From a virus: a stretch of 64,000 nt of DNA. Positions within the stretch are counted from its first letter, which is position 1. Every line of letters begins with the position of its first letter. The stretch lies in the IMG/VR virus record IMGVR_UViG_3300027668_002455, positions 1 to 64,000 of that record. One strand, written 5' to 3'. Below the pieces are notes generated by a model. It was not told the origin of the DNA. It searched no databases and saw nothing but the letters and a program-made list of their open reading frames with translations. Positions 18,208 to 28,641 of the stretch are shown here, one piece after another. The translations under genes and the position numbers were made by a program.

Positions 18208-19710
18208 TTATCTTTCTATCTTTTTAAAGTGTTTGTCTATAATTTCGCTTATCTCCTCCATACGTTCAGAACGGTTTCTCCAGTGCCAATCCCGATAACC
18301 ATTGTCGTTGAGGTATTCCTCAATGGATTCTTTAATGTCTGCTTTAACGTCTAGTATTTTGTATCCCATAATTTAATCCTCCGTAATCAACCCGCGCGGT
18401 GTGCTTGTATCGTTGTAGTCTAGGTACGCTTCAACGATTTGAATGGCTTCTACAATTTCTTCCTCTTGGTCATAATCGTCAGCGTGTTTATTCGCTAGTT
18501 TTAATATCAACTCAAATGCTTTTCTGTTAGTCATAATTTAATCTTTCACTTTCTTGATTACCATTGTGCCGTGAGAATCTTTTTGATTACTCAAGAACTC
18601 TTCCGCTTCGGATTCTGAATCGACGGTGATTAAGTGGTGAGTCCCGCTGGCGAGGTGAACCTCATACTTGTGACTCTGGCAACCTGTGCCGATAATAATT
18701 AATGATAAGTATAATAGTTTTTTCATAATTTAATCCTTAATTAGTTCTTGAAGATTGTCGTTCTTAAATTGTAAATTGTTAAACAAGAGACGACTCAACG
18801 TGTTGGCAAATCTAGCCGTCTCCGTTTCTGTCTTGTCGTCAAAAAAGGCGTGTGTCACTTCGTGTATAACGGTGTTGAAAATAATTTGATTTGATTCGCT
18901 TGGGCTTACTTCAATATCTGCTTTACCGTTGTGGGGGTAATAGCAAAACCCAGCGCATTGACCGTGCTTACGCGCATCGGGCTTCTTAAACTTGATGGAG
19001 TATTTAATGCCGTCTTGATTTTTGAATTTTAGTTTCATTTAATCTCTGATACATCGTTATATTTAAACTCAAATTGTTCGTGGGGCTTCACCGCAAGGAT
19101 TGTGCCGTCCATTGAGCGGGTTCGCGCTTCGTAGCCTTTAAGAACGGCTTGCTCGTTTGCAAATCGACCTCTTGTGAGTTCCCAACGCTCAACGCCATCG
19201 TGAGCATACCTAATTTTCATCCAATACTGTTTCATTTTATTCTCCGTAAATTTCTTTGTATCTTTCTTCGATGTCTGCGTCAGCTATTTGGTTGAATCCC
19301 AAAAGGCCATTCATAAGCATCTCGCGGATGGCATCGTCATCGACGTGTTCAAATTCAGATTCCATTAGTCGCTCTCTTTTTTCGTCAGTAGTCATAATTT
19401 AATCTTCCGCTGCTATTGAGTTGGGGTCATTAAGCTCCACCAAGTAAAATTCTTTGACCCAGCGATTAACATCGCTAAAGTAATCAAAAATGTATTCGTG
19501 GTTGTAGTCGGCTTTATCATAAACGTACCACATCTGGTCTTCTTTATCGTGATAGATTTCTAGGTTTGTTTTCATAATTTAATCCTCCAATACATCGTTG
19601 TAATAATCTTCCATTTGGGCAAGAGCTTCAATTTCTTCCCTGCTGATACCATCAGTGTTATGCTCTCTTGCCATTCCTAATACAATATCTAATGCTTCTT
19701 TGTTAGTCAT
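18208..19710 (-). other. Array of eight micro-genes (43-102 aa), mostly joined by a conserved GATTAAATTATG junction
   Basis: ORFs 19579-19710, 19399-19575, 19237-19395, 19035-19235, 18730-19038, 18538-18726, 18373-18534, 18208-18369 (several translated manually). Confidence 0.75.
18730..19038 (-). CDS. HExxH metallopeptidase-like small protein
   Basis: NTVIHEVTHA...E motif. Confidence 0.6.
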   Translation of the reverse strand: MKLKFKNQDGIKYSIKFKKPDARKHGQCAGFCYYPHNGKADIEVSPSESNQIIFNTVIHEVTHAFFDDKTETETARFANTLSRLLFNNLQFKNDNLQELIKD

Positions 19711-19713
19711 AAT

Positions 19714-20463
19714 TTAATCCTCCAATACATAGCTCCAATATCTGCTGTCGCTTTGGTTTTGTTTTCTATCCCACAAGATTGCACGGGCGATGGTGGATGG
19801 CACATTCCACATAGAACACATATCTAGCCAGTAATTTTCAATTTCCTTGTATCGACGAGCATCCTTGCTTTGGTCAAGTCCGTAGGCTTGAAACAGGTGA
19901 GTGTCCATACACGTTACCTTCGCGTGATTAGGGTAAATCATTTCCAGCGAGAAAGAAACTTTAGCAACTCCAAGTCCAAGAATACCCTTCACTAACTTAT
20001 CCCTAAACTCTTGCCAATCCTCGCCCTCTTGGTATTTGTACCATTCGGGATTGTTCCAGAACTTTTTAGAAAACTCCGAGAGGTAGCGAGTCCGGTTCTT
20101 GTGCAAGCCCACTCTGCTTTCTACAAGTATCCTTTCCAGTTCATCATCTCGATTCATCCACTTCGTCCACTCCTTAACAGCCTCATAGCCTTTGACGTTT
20201 GCTTCCCAAGTGGTATGCACTGACATAAAGGCAAACAACCAACGCTGGAATACTTCCGTATCATTTTTTGGGACAACAGACTCCCAGTAAGTTTTGTATT
20301 TTTCAATTTCATCACCGTCGAAAGAGGTGAATAGTTCATTTACTGATTCGTAGTCCACCGTCCGTGGAATTTTTGTGGCCCGCTCATTCTCATCCCACAG
20401 GTTATACTGTACGGGTTCCTCTAACGCTTCTCTCTTTTCTCCTAAAAAATCTAATTGCTTCAT
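19714..20463 (-). CDS. HhH-type DNA glycosylase/lyase (Ogg-like)
   Basis: LV....GLG.AK.SF.L helix-hairpin-helix followed by C.DTH and RYKEIE. Confidence 0.7.
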   Translation of the reverse strand: MKQLDFLGEKREALEEPVQYNLWDENERATKIPRTVDYESVNELFTSFDGDEIEKYKTYWESVVPKNDTEVFQRWLFAFMSVHTTWEANVKGYEAVKEWTKWMNRDDELERILVESRVGLHKNRTRYLSEFSKKFWNNPEWYKYQEGEDWQEFRDKLVKGILGLGVAKVSFSLEMIYPNHAKVTCMDTHLFQAYGLDQSKDARRYKEIENYWLDMCSMWNVPSTIARAILWDRKQNQSDSRYWSYVLED

Positions 20464-20558
20464 AATCTTTTTTAATTAATTTAAATTTACTGACTGATTA
20501 AAAGGGGCGACTCGCAGAACATTAAAAAGCGAGCCGCCCCCCATCGGGCGACAGTCCA

Positions 20559-22832
20559 TTAAACGCCCGACGAATTGCACACATCTACTATATTAATGTA
20601 GTTGGTAATGTGTGGTAATGCTTCTTTGCTATCCCAGTTCCACTGTCCGAACCGGAGATGTTGGAGCATACTGTAACGCTCATTCACCCCTTGGCTTAAC
20701 TCTGCAATGTTATGCTCTGGCTTAATGTCAAGTTTGACGGATACGTTCAACTCGGATACAAGAGCCTGAATCCCATCAAGTTTTTTACCAAGCTCATCGT
20801 GCCTCATATATTTGATGTGTGTGAATATGTCTTTAGCATCTCCCTCCACTAAACTGGCTATGAAACTTTTGTTATCGTAAAGTTTTTCACAAACCCAGTT
20901 AAAATCCTGCTCCACGGAAAGAGCGGCAGTACGGTTCGCATATTTCTGTGAAAGTTTCTTTTCCTCGATTACTTCAGCAGTCTTGGTTTTTGCCCAATCC
21001 CAAAGGGTTGTCCACTTTTTACTCTTGCGAACTTTTTCGAGTGCTTTAGAATTTATTTTAAAGCCGTATAGCGTTGGGAGGTCAATGTCAAGATTATTTT
21101 TGAGGTCAGCCCTTAACTGGTTCAAGCGTCTTGGCTCATTCTCTCCATCATATCTTCCGGTATCAACGCCGCCCTTGATGAAGAACCTATCAAGCTCAAC
21201 ATAAACGCCACTATCATTTTTAAGGTCAACAGTAGATGTATCCCAAACAGAGGATTTTGCATCGCCCCAGCCACTATTTTCTAACTTTTTGACGTTAAGC
21301 GTAAATTCCTTTGTCGAGTGTTTGGAGGATTTAGTGCTTCCAGCACCGCCTCCCGCCCTGCTAGGCGCATACCCAAAGTCTGCAAGCGGCATCTTCGGTA
21401 ACTCCGAAAGTTTTTGTATCTCACAGTCTAACCCCTTTTCTTTAAGTAGGTTGCGAGCTTTCGTGTTATTCTTAAATTGAGCAGTCGGACGCTTATCCTT
21501 AAAGTCAATTAAATATACTTTCTTGCCTTGATTCACTATAAGGTCAAGAACCCTACCCATACACCCACGGCGATGCCCAAGGTCGTTCTCAATTACCACT
21601 GTGTCCATCGTGCATCGAATCCAGTTATCGGTTTCTGCGCGAAACTTACTTGCCCGATAACCCTTTTTAAAACAGTGGAGTTCAATCAAATCGCCCTGTT
21701 GGCTGCTTTGTAATCCACCGCTATGACAATCAATATCACTTCCACTGAGAGTTTTCTCTCTCCCGCTTTTGGGTTTCCAAGTTAGACTATCTTTAAGGAC
21801 ATTACGCAAAGAATACAGATTGCTTTCTGTATCAAAAACTGTACCCCACAACTGTTTTGCTGCAAAAAGAGTTTCACAATCTTTAAACTGCCCTTTGATT
21901 GTATCTGTGAGTTCTTTTTTGACTAACTCCAATTTCTTGTAGATATTCTTACGGGTATAATCAGTGTATTGAAGATTCTCGCGGGAAGCAGAAATCTCCA
22001 CATCACCAATGGACATATCCAAAACAAGGTTTGCCGTTAACATTTCATAAAGACCATCATCATCTTTAAACTCAAGGTTTCCTTTATCAATGGGGTAGCC
22101 GATGTTCCCCATAACAACCATAGCATCACCTTTGTAGTATCGGCTACCATCGGGATTGTTTACCCATCGCCAACCATTCCCTTTGAAAAGTGTGGCGTTG
22201 TCTTTATATTCAAATTTAGCATTAGAAACATTAGGACGTACCTTAAACCACTGGAATAAGGCTTGAGCCTTCTCGCTAAACTCATCAATGTCGCCCAGCT
22301 TAACTGGAACTACAATTTCAATGCCATTTTTTTGTTTAGTTTCTTGAGTACCAATCTTGCTAATCTGACCAAGCTGAGAGGGGTCAATGTAAGCATTATA
22401 GATGTGTTTTGTACCATCAATGTAAGAGTTAATTACAAAGTTATCACCGTAAGCAAAGGCAGATTTTGAACCAATACCGAGCATACCAATTTGGTCGTTG
22501 CTGTTTCTTTTGGTAGACTCACCATAGAAGGCATAAACTTCTTGAATCTCTTTGTCATTAAGTGCGGGGCCAAAATCACGAACCTTAAACTCCAGTTTGA
22601 GGCGTGTGGGCATTGTCACTTCGATGGGTTTGTCAGGAACCCCCACTTCCGTATGTGCATCTACCGCATTGCAAGAATACTCACGCACAACTGCAAGAAC
22701 CTTGTCAGAGTAGAGTTGGTCGCGGAGGATTCCGAGGATGTGGTGCAAGCCAGAAGCCTTGATGCCGAATTTAACGCTGGTAGAGATGCCGTTTGATTTA
22801 ACGGATTGTTTTGATTTTACTTGTGGTTTCAT
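20559..22832 (-). CDS. rIIA: rIIA-like protein (GHKL ATPase N-terminus)
   Basis: LYSDK.LAVVREY.CNA.DAH, VRDFG, Y..YGESTK..SND.IG.LGIGSKS.FAY and SRE.L.Y motifs. Confidence 0.9.
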   Translation of the reverse strand: MKPQVKSKQSVKSNGISTSVKFGIKASGLHHILGILRDQLYSDKVLAVVREYSCNAVDAHTEVGVPDKPIEVTMPTRLKLEFKVRDFGPALNDKEIQEVYAFYGESTKRNSNDQIGMLGIGSKSAFAYGDNFVINSYIDGTKHIYNAYIDPSQLGQISKIGTQETKQKNGIEIVVPVKLGDIDEFSEKAQALFQWFKVRPNVSNAKFEYKDNATLFKGNGWRWVNNPDGSRYYKGDAMVVMGNIGYPIDKGNLEFKDDDGLYEMLTANLVLDMSIGDVEISASRENLQYTDYTRKNIYKKLELVKKELTDTIKGQFKDCETLFAAKQLWGTVFDTESNLYSLRNVLKDSLTWKPKSGREKTLSGSDIDCHSGGLQSSQQGDLIELHCFKKGYRASKFRAETDNWIRCTMDTVVIENDLGHRRGCMGRVLDLIVNQGKKVYLIDFKDKRPTAQFKNNTKARNLLKEKGLDCEIQKLSELPKMPLADFGYAPSRAGGGAGSTKSSKHSTKEFTLNVKKLENSGWGDAKSSVWDTSTVDLKNDSGVYVELDRFFIKGGVDTGRYDGENEPRRLNQLRADLKNNLDIDLPTLYGFKINSKALEKVRKSKKWTTLWDWAKTKTAEVIEEKKLSQKYANRTAALSVEQDFNWVCEKLYDNKSFIASLVEGDAKDIFTHIKYMRHDELGKKLDGIQALVSELNVSVKLDIKPEHNIAELSQGVNERYSMLQHLRFGQWNWDSKEALPHITNYINIVDVCNSSGV

Positions 22833-22939
22833 AATGGACTGTAATGTTTAACTGAGTCCTCATAGTAATGGGTATTAAGATTGAAGTCAATACTTTTTTA
22901 AGTTTTTTTTCACCACTTTTAAATGAATTAAAATATGGT

Positions 22940-23027
22940 TGGTAGGGAAGGCGGGATTTGAACCCGCAAGCCTTGTCCCAGCGGCAGATTTTAAGTCTGC
23001 TGTGTATGCCAATTCCACCACTTCCCC
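22940..23027 (-). tRNA. tRNA-Leu(UAA)
   Basis: Acceptor GGGGAAG/CTTCCCT, anticodon arm GCAGA-CTTAAAA-TCTGC, long variable arm, GGTTCAAATCC, encoded CCA. Confidence 0.95.
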
Positions 23028-23141
23028 GTTTATTTGTCGCGACTAAAGAGGCACTTAATCCCGCACCACATAAAAATAAAAATACTACTTACAAAATAAA
23101 AAAGCGTAAGAGCCGCCACATAAATAAAGTCTGTTATTTTC

Positions 23142-23522
23142 TTAATCATTTATATGGTTTGATTCTCTTTCTTTGTGGTGAAGAATTTGGTGACAGTTAG
23201 CGCAAAGACTTTGGCATTTTTCCATTTCTTTTTTAATGGCTTCCATACTGTAACCCCTGTTTACCGCATTTCCTATTTCAAATAGCTTCTCTTCCCCTTC
23301 CCTGTGATGATGTTGTAAGGCTCTCCAATCATCAAAGCCACATAGCTCACACTTTTTATTAAATTTAATTTCGTTTAATTGTTTTCTGGAGGTGTGTCTC
23401 CTTTTCTTTTTCGTCTCGCTATAACACGGGTTACATTTCAGCCGAAAATACGTTTTTCCATTGTGGACACGGTGTGCCGCAAATTGATTGCCTCTCTCTT
23501 TATTGCAGTATTTACAAATCAT
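23142..23522 (-). CDS. HNH-like zinc-binding endonuclease
   Basis: CELCG....ALQHHH...E..KC..LCANCH motif. Confidence 0.7.
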   Translation of the reverse strand: MICKYCNKERGNQFAAHRVHNGKTYFRLKCNPCYSETKKKRRHTSRKQLNEIKFNKKCELCGFDDWRALQHHHREGEEKLFEIGNAVNRGYSMEAIKKEMEKCQSLCANCHQILHHKERESNHIND

Positions 23523-24103
23523 TCTAAAAATGGACTACCCTTTTTTTAAGCACGATGCCTTCTTGTATTCGCCATCTTCAAAATAGGTTAGGTCTTTTAC
23601 CCAATCGGCAGTATTCTCCCATCCCCCATTTATTTCGAGTGTCACCTCAATCATCTCCTTTGCTTCCGCTCGGCGATCAAGGCACTCTTGGCAGTAGGCA
23701 TAGGAGATACCTCCGAGTTGAGAGGAACACACCCCTTTTGATTCATTTTTATTACATACTTCACACATAACAGTCCCAAATTTGGTCGTCCTCACACTTC
23801 CATCCAAAAAACTCTTTTATTTCATCAAAGTCGAGAGGTGGAAACTTCGGTTCTCCTTTCGTTTTATTTTTAATAACATCTTCAAAAATATCTCCAGATA
23901 CCTCAAAATCTATTGTGGATGCCAAAAGCATAACGCTATTTCCCACTTCATACTCGGTCATCCCAACGGTAGCCGCTAGAATACCCCCTTTATATTTGAG
24001 ATAAACATATCCCCCCAGCGGGGTAGTGCATCGCCACTCGCTCACACTAAATCTGTAAACAGTGGCAAGTTTTTTGTTCTTTACTTTCGCAAAGTGCTTT
24101 TTA

Positions 24104-24973
24104 TCAATAACTTTTAACATAATCTGGTCTATTTTTTTTCATAGAGCGTTTAAGTTTCGCTAGGGACTCATTAACTCTTTGACGAATACGCTCTCGCGTC
24201 AGCCCCACTATCTCGCCTACTGCCTCAAGAGTCATTGGCCCTCCACCTTCTAACCCGAAACGTAATGAAACAATTTGACTGTCCTTTTCTTTGAGTTTAT
24301 TTAAATGCTTTTTTATTTCTAACGCTTCATCATTTATTTCGCAATCAACATCGGGGGGAACTTGGGTGGGGTCAGCAAAAACGTGTTCAAGTTTTCGCTC
24401 ATTACTTCCACCCTCTCCTCCACTCTCATTTAGGCCCCTCTGGATAGAAAGAGCAGAGTAGCTGTACCCATAAATGTTATCAATTAGCGCATTAGAAACT
24501 TTAAACTTCTTCTGAATCTCATCCCTTGAAGGTTTCTTTCCACATTCCTCTTCCGTTTTTTCCATATAGGCTTTTATTAGCCTCGTTTTGATTTGAAGAC
24601 CCGCTGGGTGACGCACTATCCGTGAGTCATTGGATAATGCCCGACGAATACCGTGTTTAATCCAGTAAGCGGCATAGGTAGCGAATTTTACCCCCCTGCC
24701 TATGTCAAATCGTTCAACAGCAGAAATTAATCCGATATTTCCCTCGCTTACTAAATCCTCAAAATCTAAAATACCAGAATAAGGATACTCTCTTGCGAGT
24801 TTCATAACCAAGCGCAAATTATGTTCTATGAACTTGTGCCTTGCTTCGTTAACAACTTTTTTATTTTTGCTTTTTAGTTTCTTGCCCCACTTTAGTTCTT
24901 CCTCTTTAGAGAAAACGGGGGGTAGTTCACTCTCAATGTAGAGAGTCGTGAATACAAAGGGTTGTTGGCTCAT
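24104..24973 (-). CDS. RNA polymerase sigma-70 family factor (RpoD/RpoS-like)
   Basis: NLRLV, DLVSEGNIGL..AVERFD..RG.KFATYA.YWI and TLE.VG...GLTRERIRQ motifs. Confidence 0.95.
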   Translation of the reverse strand: MSQQPFVFTTLYIESELPPVFSKEEELKWGKKLKSKNKKVVNEARHKFIEHNLRLVMKLAREYPYSGILDFEDLVSEGNIGLISAVERFDIGRGVKFATYAAYWIKHGIRRALSNDSRIVRHPAGLQIKTRLIKAYMEKTEEECGKKPSRDEIQKKFKVSNALIDNIYGYSYSALSIQRGLNESGGEGGSNERKLEHVFADPTQVPPDVDCEINDEALEIKKHLNKLKEKDSQIVSLRFGLEGGGPMTLEAVGEIVGLTRERIRQRVNESLAKLKRSMKKNRPDYVKSY

Positions 24974-25598
24974 TTATTTTTAATATCGTTTTTATGAAAG
25001 GCTTTAACTTGGCTTTCCAAGTTATCAAAGAAAGATGTTAAGCTGGGGTAGTCGCCATTATCTAGTAGTCCTTGTAATCCAGAACGGTTAAATTTAATTG
25101 TATATTTGTATGGGGTTTTTCGACCTTCCTCGTACATCTTGTATTTGGAAGTCATAGTGTCGGCTTCGGTAGATATATCAATCATAGGGAGCCTACCATC
25201 TGTCGTACCTGTTTTTTGAAGTCACGAATCTTTTTGGCTTGCTGCTCCAGCCCGTACTTCGTGTATTTTTGAGCTTTCCTCTCAAGCTCCCCTTGGAGTT
25301 CGCTCGACAAGGCTTTGTCAAGATACTCTTTATATTGGCTTTTTTTACTGTTTTTCATATTATACAGATTTCTTGCTCTCTGTAAGCTCACCATACATCA
25401 CTTTAAAAAGTATGTCAACCCTTTAATATAAAAAAGTACGAGTAAAGGTATTGTCAGCTTCTATCACCCAAACAGTCTCACCCTCTCTGCATTTATTTGT
25501 GGGTTTCATTTCCACATCGCCTTTGTCATTAAAAATAGCCACTACTGTTAAGGTATGCTGGAGGTACTCAAGTTTAGTGGTGCGACGACTGTTGTTTT

Positions 25599-26435
25599 TC
25601 ACTTCCACCACTCCTTTACTACATTGCAAATAACAAATTTTAAATTCTTCCACTCTTTTAGTCTACGGAGGGTATAGGGCAACCAATCTTCACCAAAGGG
25701 TATATAGACTCTAACATTGTAATCATCTTGTTTCATTTTCCTTTGAAGGTCACGCCTTATGCCATAAAGAAACTCATAATCAAATCTATTTGGCTCTGGG
25801 AGCATATCAACTATGTCCTCTATTATTTGCTCATCGTGTGTTCCAATCGCGGGACAGTGGCCTTTCTGGTTTAGGTCTGCTGCATATTGGAAAAACACCT
25901 CCTCAATGTCCCTCTTGTCTTGAAGAGCTATCTTGGGAATTTCGGTATAGGCTCCCTTTACCAACCTCACGGATATTTTTTTATCAATTAAAATTTTTAA
26001 GTCTTGAGGAGTGCGGTGAAGGTTGGCTTGTAATGCTACCCCTACGTTTCCGTGCCTTTTATTTAGAGAGATGGCTATATTTCGAGTCAACTCGGTCACA
26101 CGGGAGTCCTCCATATCTAAACGAATTGTATGTCCGCACACCTTGGCACAGATTGCTATTTGGTTAAGGTGCTTATTACAAATAACAGGCGTAAGTAGAA
26201 GCCCTAGTTGGGAGGGTTTAATTGAAATATCTATTTTTTTGTGTCGAAAATACTTAATTATTTGGATGTATTGGTCTTTAGCTTTTTCACAATCTTCTTC
26301 CGTCTTGCTTAACTCTCCAAGGTAATCTATGGAAACCTCATACCCCTCTTCCATTAGTTTATTTATTTGGGGCTTGGCAGATTCAAAGTCGTGTCCCGCT
26401 ATAAATCGCTTTGCTAATGGGTATAATAGATTCAT
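25599..26435 (-). CDS. Monofunctional proline dehydrogenase
   Basis: RFIAG, DYLGE, SIKPSQLG, LDMED, RLVKGAY, THD, LYGIR and VYIPFG..W.PY..RRL.E motifs. Confidence 0.92.
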   Translation of the reverse strand: MNLLYPLAKRFIAGHDFESAKPQINKLMEEGYEVSIDYLGELSKTEEDCEKAKDQYIQIIKYFRHKKIDISIKPSQLGLLLTPVICNKHLNQIAICAKVCGHTIRLDMEDSRVTELTRNIAISLNKRHGNVGVALQANLHRTPQDLKILIDKKISVRLVKGAYTEIPKIALQDKRDIEEVFFQYAADLNQKGHCPAIGTHDEQIIEDIVDMLPEPNRFDYEFLYGIRRDLQRKMKQDDYNVRVYIPFGEDWLPYTLRRLKEWKNLKFVICNVVKEWWK

Positions 26436-27325
26436 ACTGGATTAGCCTGTCTTTTTTCATAAAGTTTTATTAGCTCACGCTTCCCTTCCTCTCCGTAGTA
26501 GTGAACAAAATCACTACCGTGAGTATGAAGTCCTGAATCGGAGCTATTTGCAAGGTGAAGGGCAGCTAAATTCCAATTCGGCAAAAGTTTATTTATTTTT
26601 ATATTCTGCTCGCGGAAGAAGACGGATAGCCAATTTTGTTCATTAAATTCAGTCTCATTATCTGAACTAAAATTTTCGTGCAGATTGTATTTTTGGTAAT
26701 ACTCGCCCCACTCTCCTAACTGGGGAACTTTTTGATAAAAATCTATTATGGATTTTTTATCCGCATAGACAGCCCCTCCATTGTAAAGGGGAACATCACT
26801 ATCAACTTTGAAGTTATTTTTAAGCCAGTATTTGTGAGCGTGGATTTGTTTTTCATCACCGCTTACGGACATATAGATTCCTCTGTCTTTTGTGCAGTCA
26901 AAAATATTTTTAGCATCTTTTTTAATTAAAATATCCAAATCCAGATAAAGCATCTGGTCGTAATCACTATTCACAAAATGATGAAGCATATAAAACTTCA
27001 ACATATTGCACGCTTGATAGCCTGTAAGACTAGGGGGCAAACAAAGACTTGGGATAAATTCTTCATTTATTTGGTGAAAATCAGCCCCAACTTTTTTCGC
27101 ATAATGATGAAAGTTTTCAAGGGGGAGCTTCTCCCACGGGCCAACTGTATTGGATATAGCATATCTGAACATCGGGCGTTTAGGTAGAATACCTAGCGAA
27201 CCTTGCTCCTTGAACCTTTTTACGTCAGCTTTAATTACATCAATGTTTTCCAATGAAAGCCCTCCCCCGCATTTTAGGTGATACGGAAGAGGATTAGCAT
27301 TGATGGTATAAATGATTTTCTTCAC
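26432..27325 (-). CDS. GT-A glycosyltransferase
   Basis: YAKKVGADF, LYLDLDILI, YNGG, EQ.WL and FVHY motifs. Confidence 0.7.
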   Translation of the reverse strand: MKKIIYTINANPLPYHLKCGGGLSLENIDVIKADVKRFKEQGSLGILPKRPMFRYAISNTVGPWEKLPLENFHHYAKKVGADFHQINEEFIPSLCLPPSLTGYQACNMLKFYMLHHFVNSDYDQMLYLDLDILIKKDAKNIFDCTKDRGIYMSVSGDEKQIHAHKYWLKNNFKVDSDVPLYNGGAVYADKKSIIDFYQKVPQLGEWGEYYQKYNLHENFSSDNETEFNEQNWLSVFFREQNIKINKLLPNWNLAALHLANSSDSGLHTHGSDFVHYYGEEGKRELIKLYEKRQANPV

Positions 27326-27367
27326 TTTATTATTATTATTTGGCTCTTTTTCATTCCTTTTTGTTTA

Positions 27368-28108
27368 TTAAAAGGAATAATTAAAGTTATCAATATCAAT
27401 TAAGAAGTGCTTGGAGATTACTTCCCTAGACCAGTTTGAATAATAATCCCTATAATTGTCTTTATTTCTAAAAGCTGCGCTTGAGTTCTTTCTCCAGTCA
27501 GTAAATACTTCCGAGTCTTTAAAGTTAAACCTCCCAGATAAGTCGATAACTGCTTCGTTAATATTTTCTTGTTTATAACACTTATCTACTGAAAGACTCC
27601 CGTTTAAACTTAATCTCTTGGTATAGGTTTCATAGTATCCCAAATGAAAATCCCGTATCTTTCCGAGAACAAAGCAGTAGTTAACAAACCCATCAAAATT
27701 ATCTTCTAAATAAAATTCGTGGAATGGAGTTATTTGGGGCAATAGCTCACGTTCTTTTCCAGACGATGTTATATAGTCGTGTTTCCACCCGCCCAAGAAG
27801 TTATACATAGAAACAACCCTATCCCAAGGATTTCTTATGATTGAAAATTTAAAATAAGACTTTGGGTCTAATTTATTTTTATTTATTATATGTTCCAAGG
27901 AGAACTCTCCAAGAGTATCGTGTTCTTTGTCGTAGGTATTTAAATCTGTTTCATAATCTTGATAGATTTTTGATAAAAGGAAGTGCTTCAAGAAGGTTCC
28001 AGCACACTTGGGAAGGTGAACATATATAAATTTGTTAGCCTTACAGTGCATTACTGTTACTCTGGCTTGTTCTGGAAATCGGACGGTCTTAATTCGTGAA
28101 ACTGCCAC
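27368..28108 (-). CDS. Sulfotransferase family 2-like protein (true start probably near 28051)
   Basis: FIYVHLPKCAGT, FSIIRNPWDRVVSMY and DIDNFNYSF motifs. Confidence 0.8.
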   Translation of the reverse strand: MAVSRIKTVRFPEQARVTVMHCKANKFIYVHLPKCAGTFLKHFLLSKIYQDYETDLNTYDKEHDTLGEFSLEHIINKNKLDPKSYFKFSIIRNPWDRVVSMYNFLGGWKHDYITSSGKERELLPQITPFHEFYLEDNFDGFVNYCFVLGKIRDFHLGYYETYTKRLSLNGSLSVDKCYKQENINEAVIDLSGRFNFKDSEVFTDWRKNSSAAFRNKDNYRDYYSNWSREVISKHFLIDIDNFNYSF

Positions 28109-28641
28109 TCTTGTTCTTGGGATTCACTTCCCTCTCCTTTTTTATTATTTGGCCCTTTTCCATTCCCCTTTTTTCCCTTTTTTCCTTCCCCTTCTCCCTT
28201 CATGAGTTTTCCTGCAACTGGTTGCCCTCCTCGGAGTCGGGGCATCACCCGCTTTTCTAGTTGTTCGTGCAATTCTCTGCTATAAGTTAATCCATACAAT
28301 CGTGGTTCCACTTTATCTTTCTTATATCCAAAGAATTTAATAAATTTATTTGGCTCTTTTTCATTAGTAGCCTCTAGTAAAACATAAATCTTTCCCTTAA
28401 ATTTTGTAAATTTATTTGGCTCTTTGATGATAACCCAGTGAATGAGAACCTTGTCTGGAACATCGCCTTCGTGTGCTGCCCAACCTAAAAAGGTAGATAT
28501 AGATGACCAAAAAATAATAGTAAAGACGCAAAAAGAAGAGATGCAAGCAGTCTTGAGATACCACTTTAAAGTTGATTCAGTTAGCGTCCAGAAGGTTAAG
28601 CCTCCAAACACTAATAATAGAATGGGTAATGCTATATTCAT
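28057..28641 (-). CDS. Membrane protein with two TM helices
   Basis: Hydrophobic N-terminus, EPRLY.L.Y..ELHEQL, Gly/Lys-rich tail. Confidence 0.7.
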   Translation of the reverse strand: MNIALPILLLVFGGLTFWTLTESTLKWYLKTACISSFCVFTIIFWSSISTFLGWAAHEGDVPDKVLIHWVIIKEPNKFTKFKGKIYVLLEATNEKEPNKFIKFFGYKKDKVEPRLYGLTYSRELHEQLEKRVMPRLRGGQPVAGKLMKGEGEGKKGKKGNGKGPNNKKGEGSESQEQEWQFHELRPSDFQNKPE

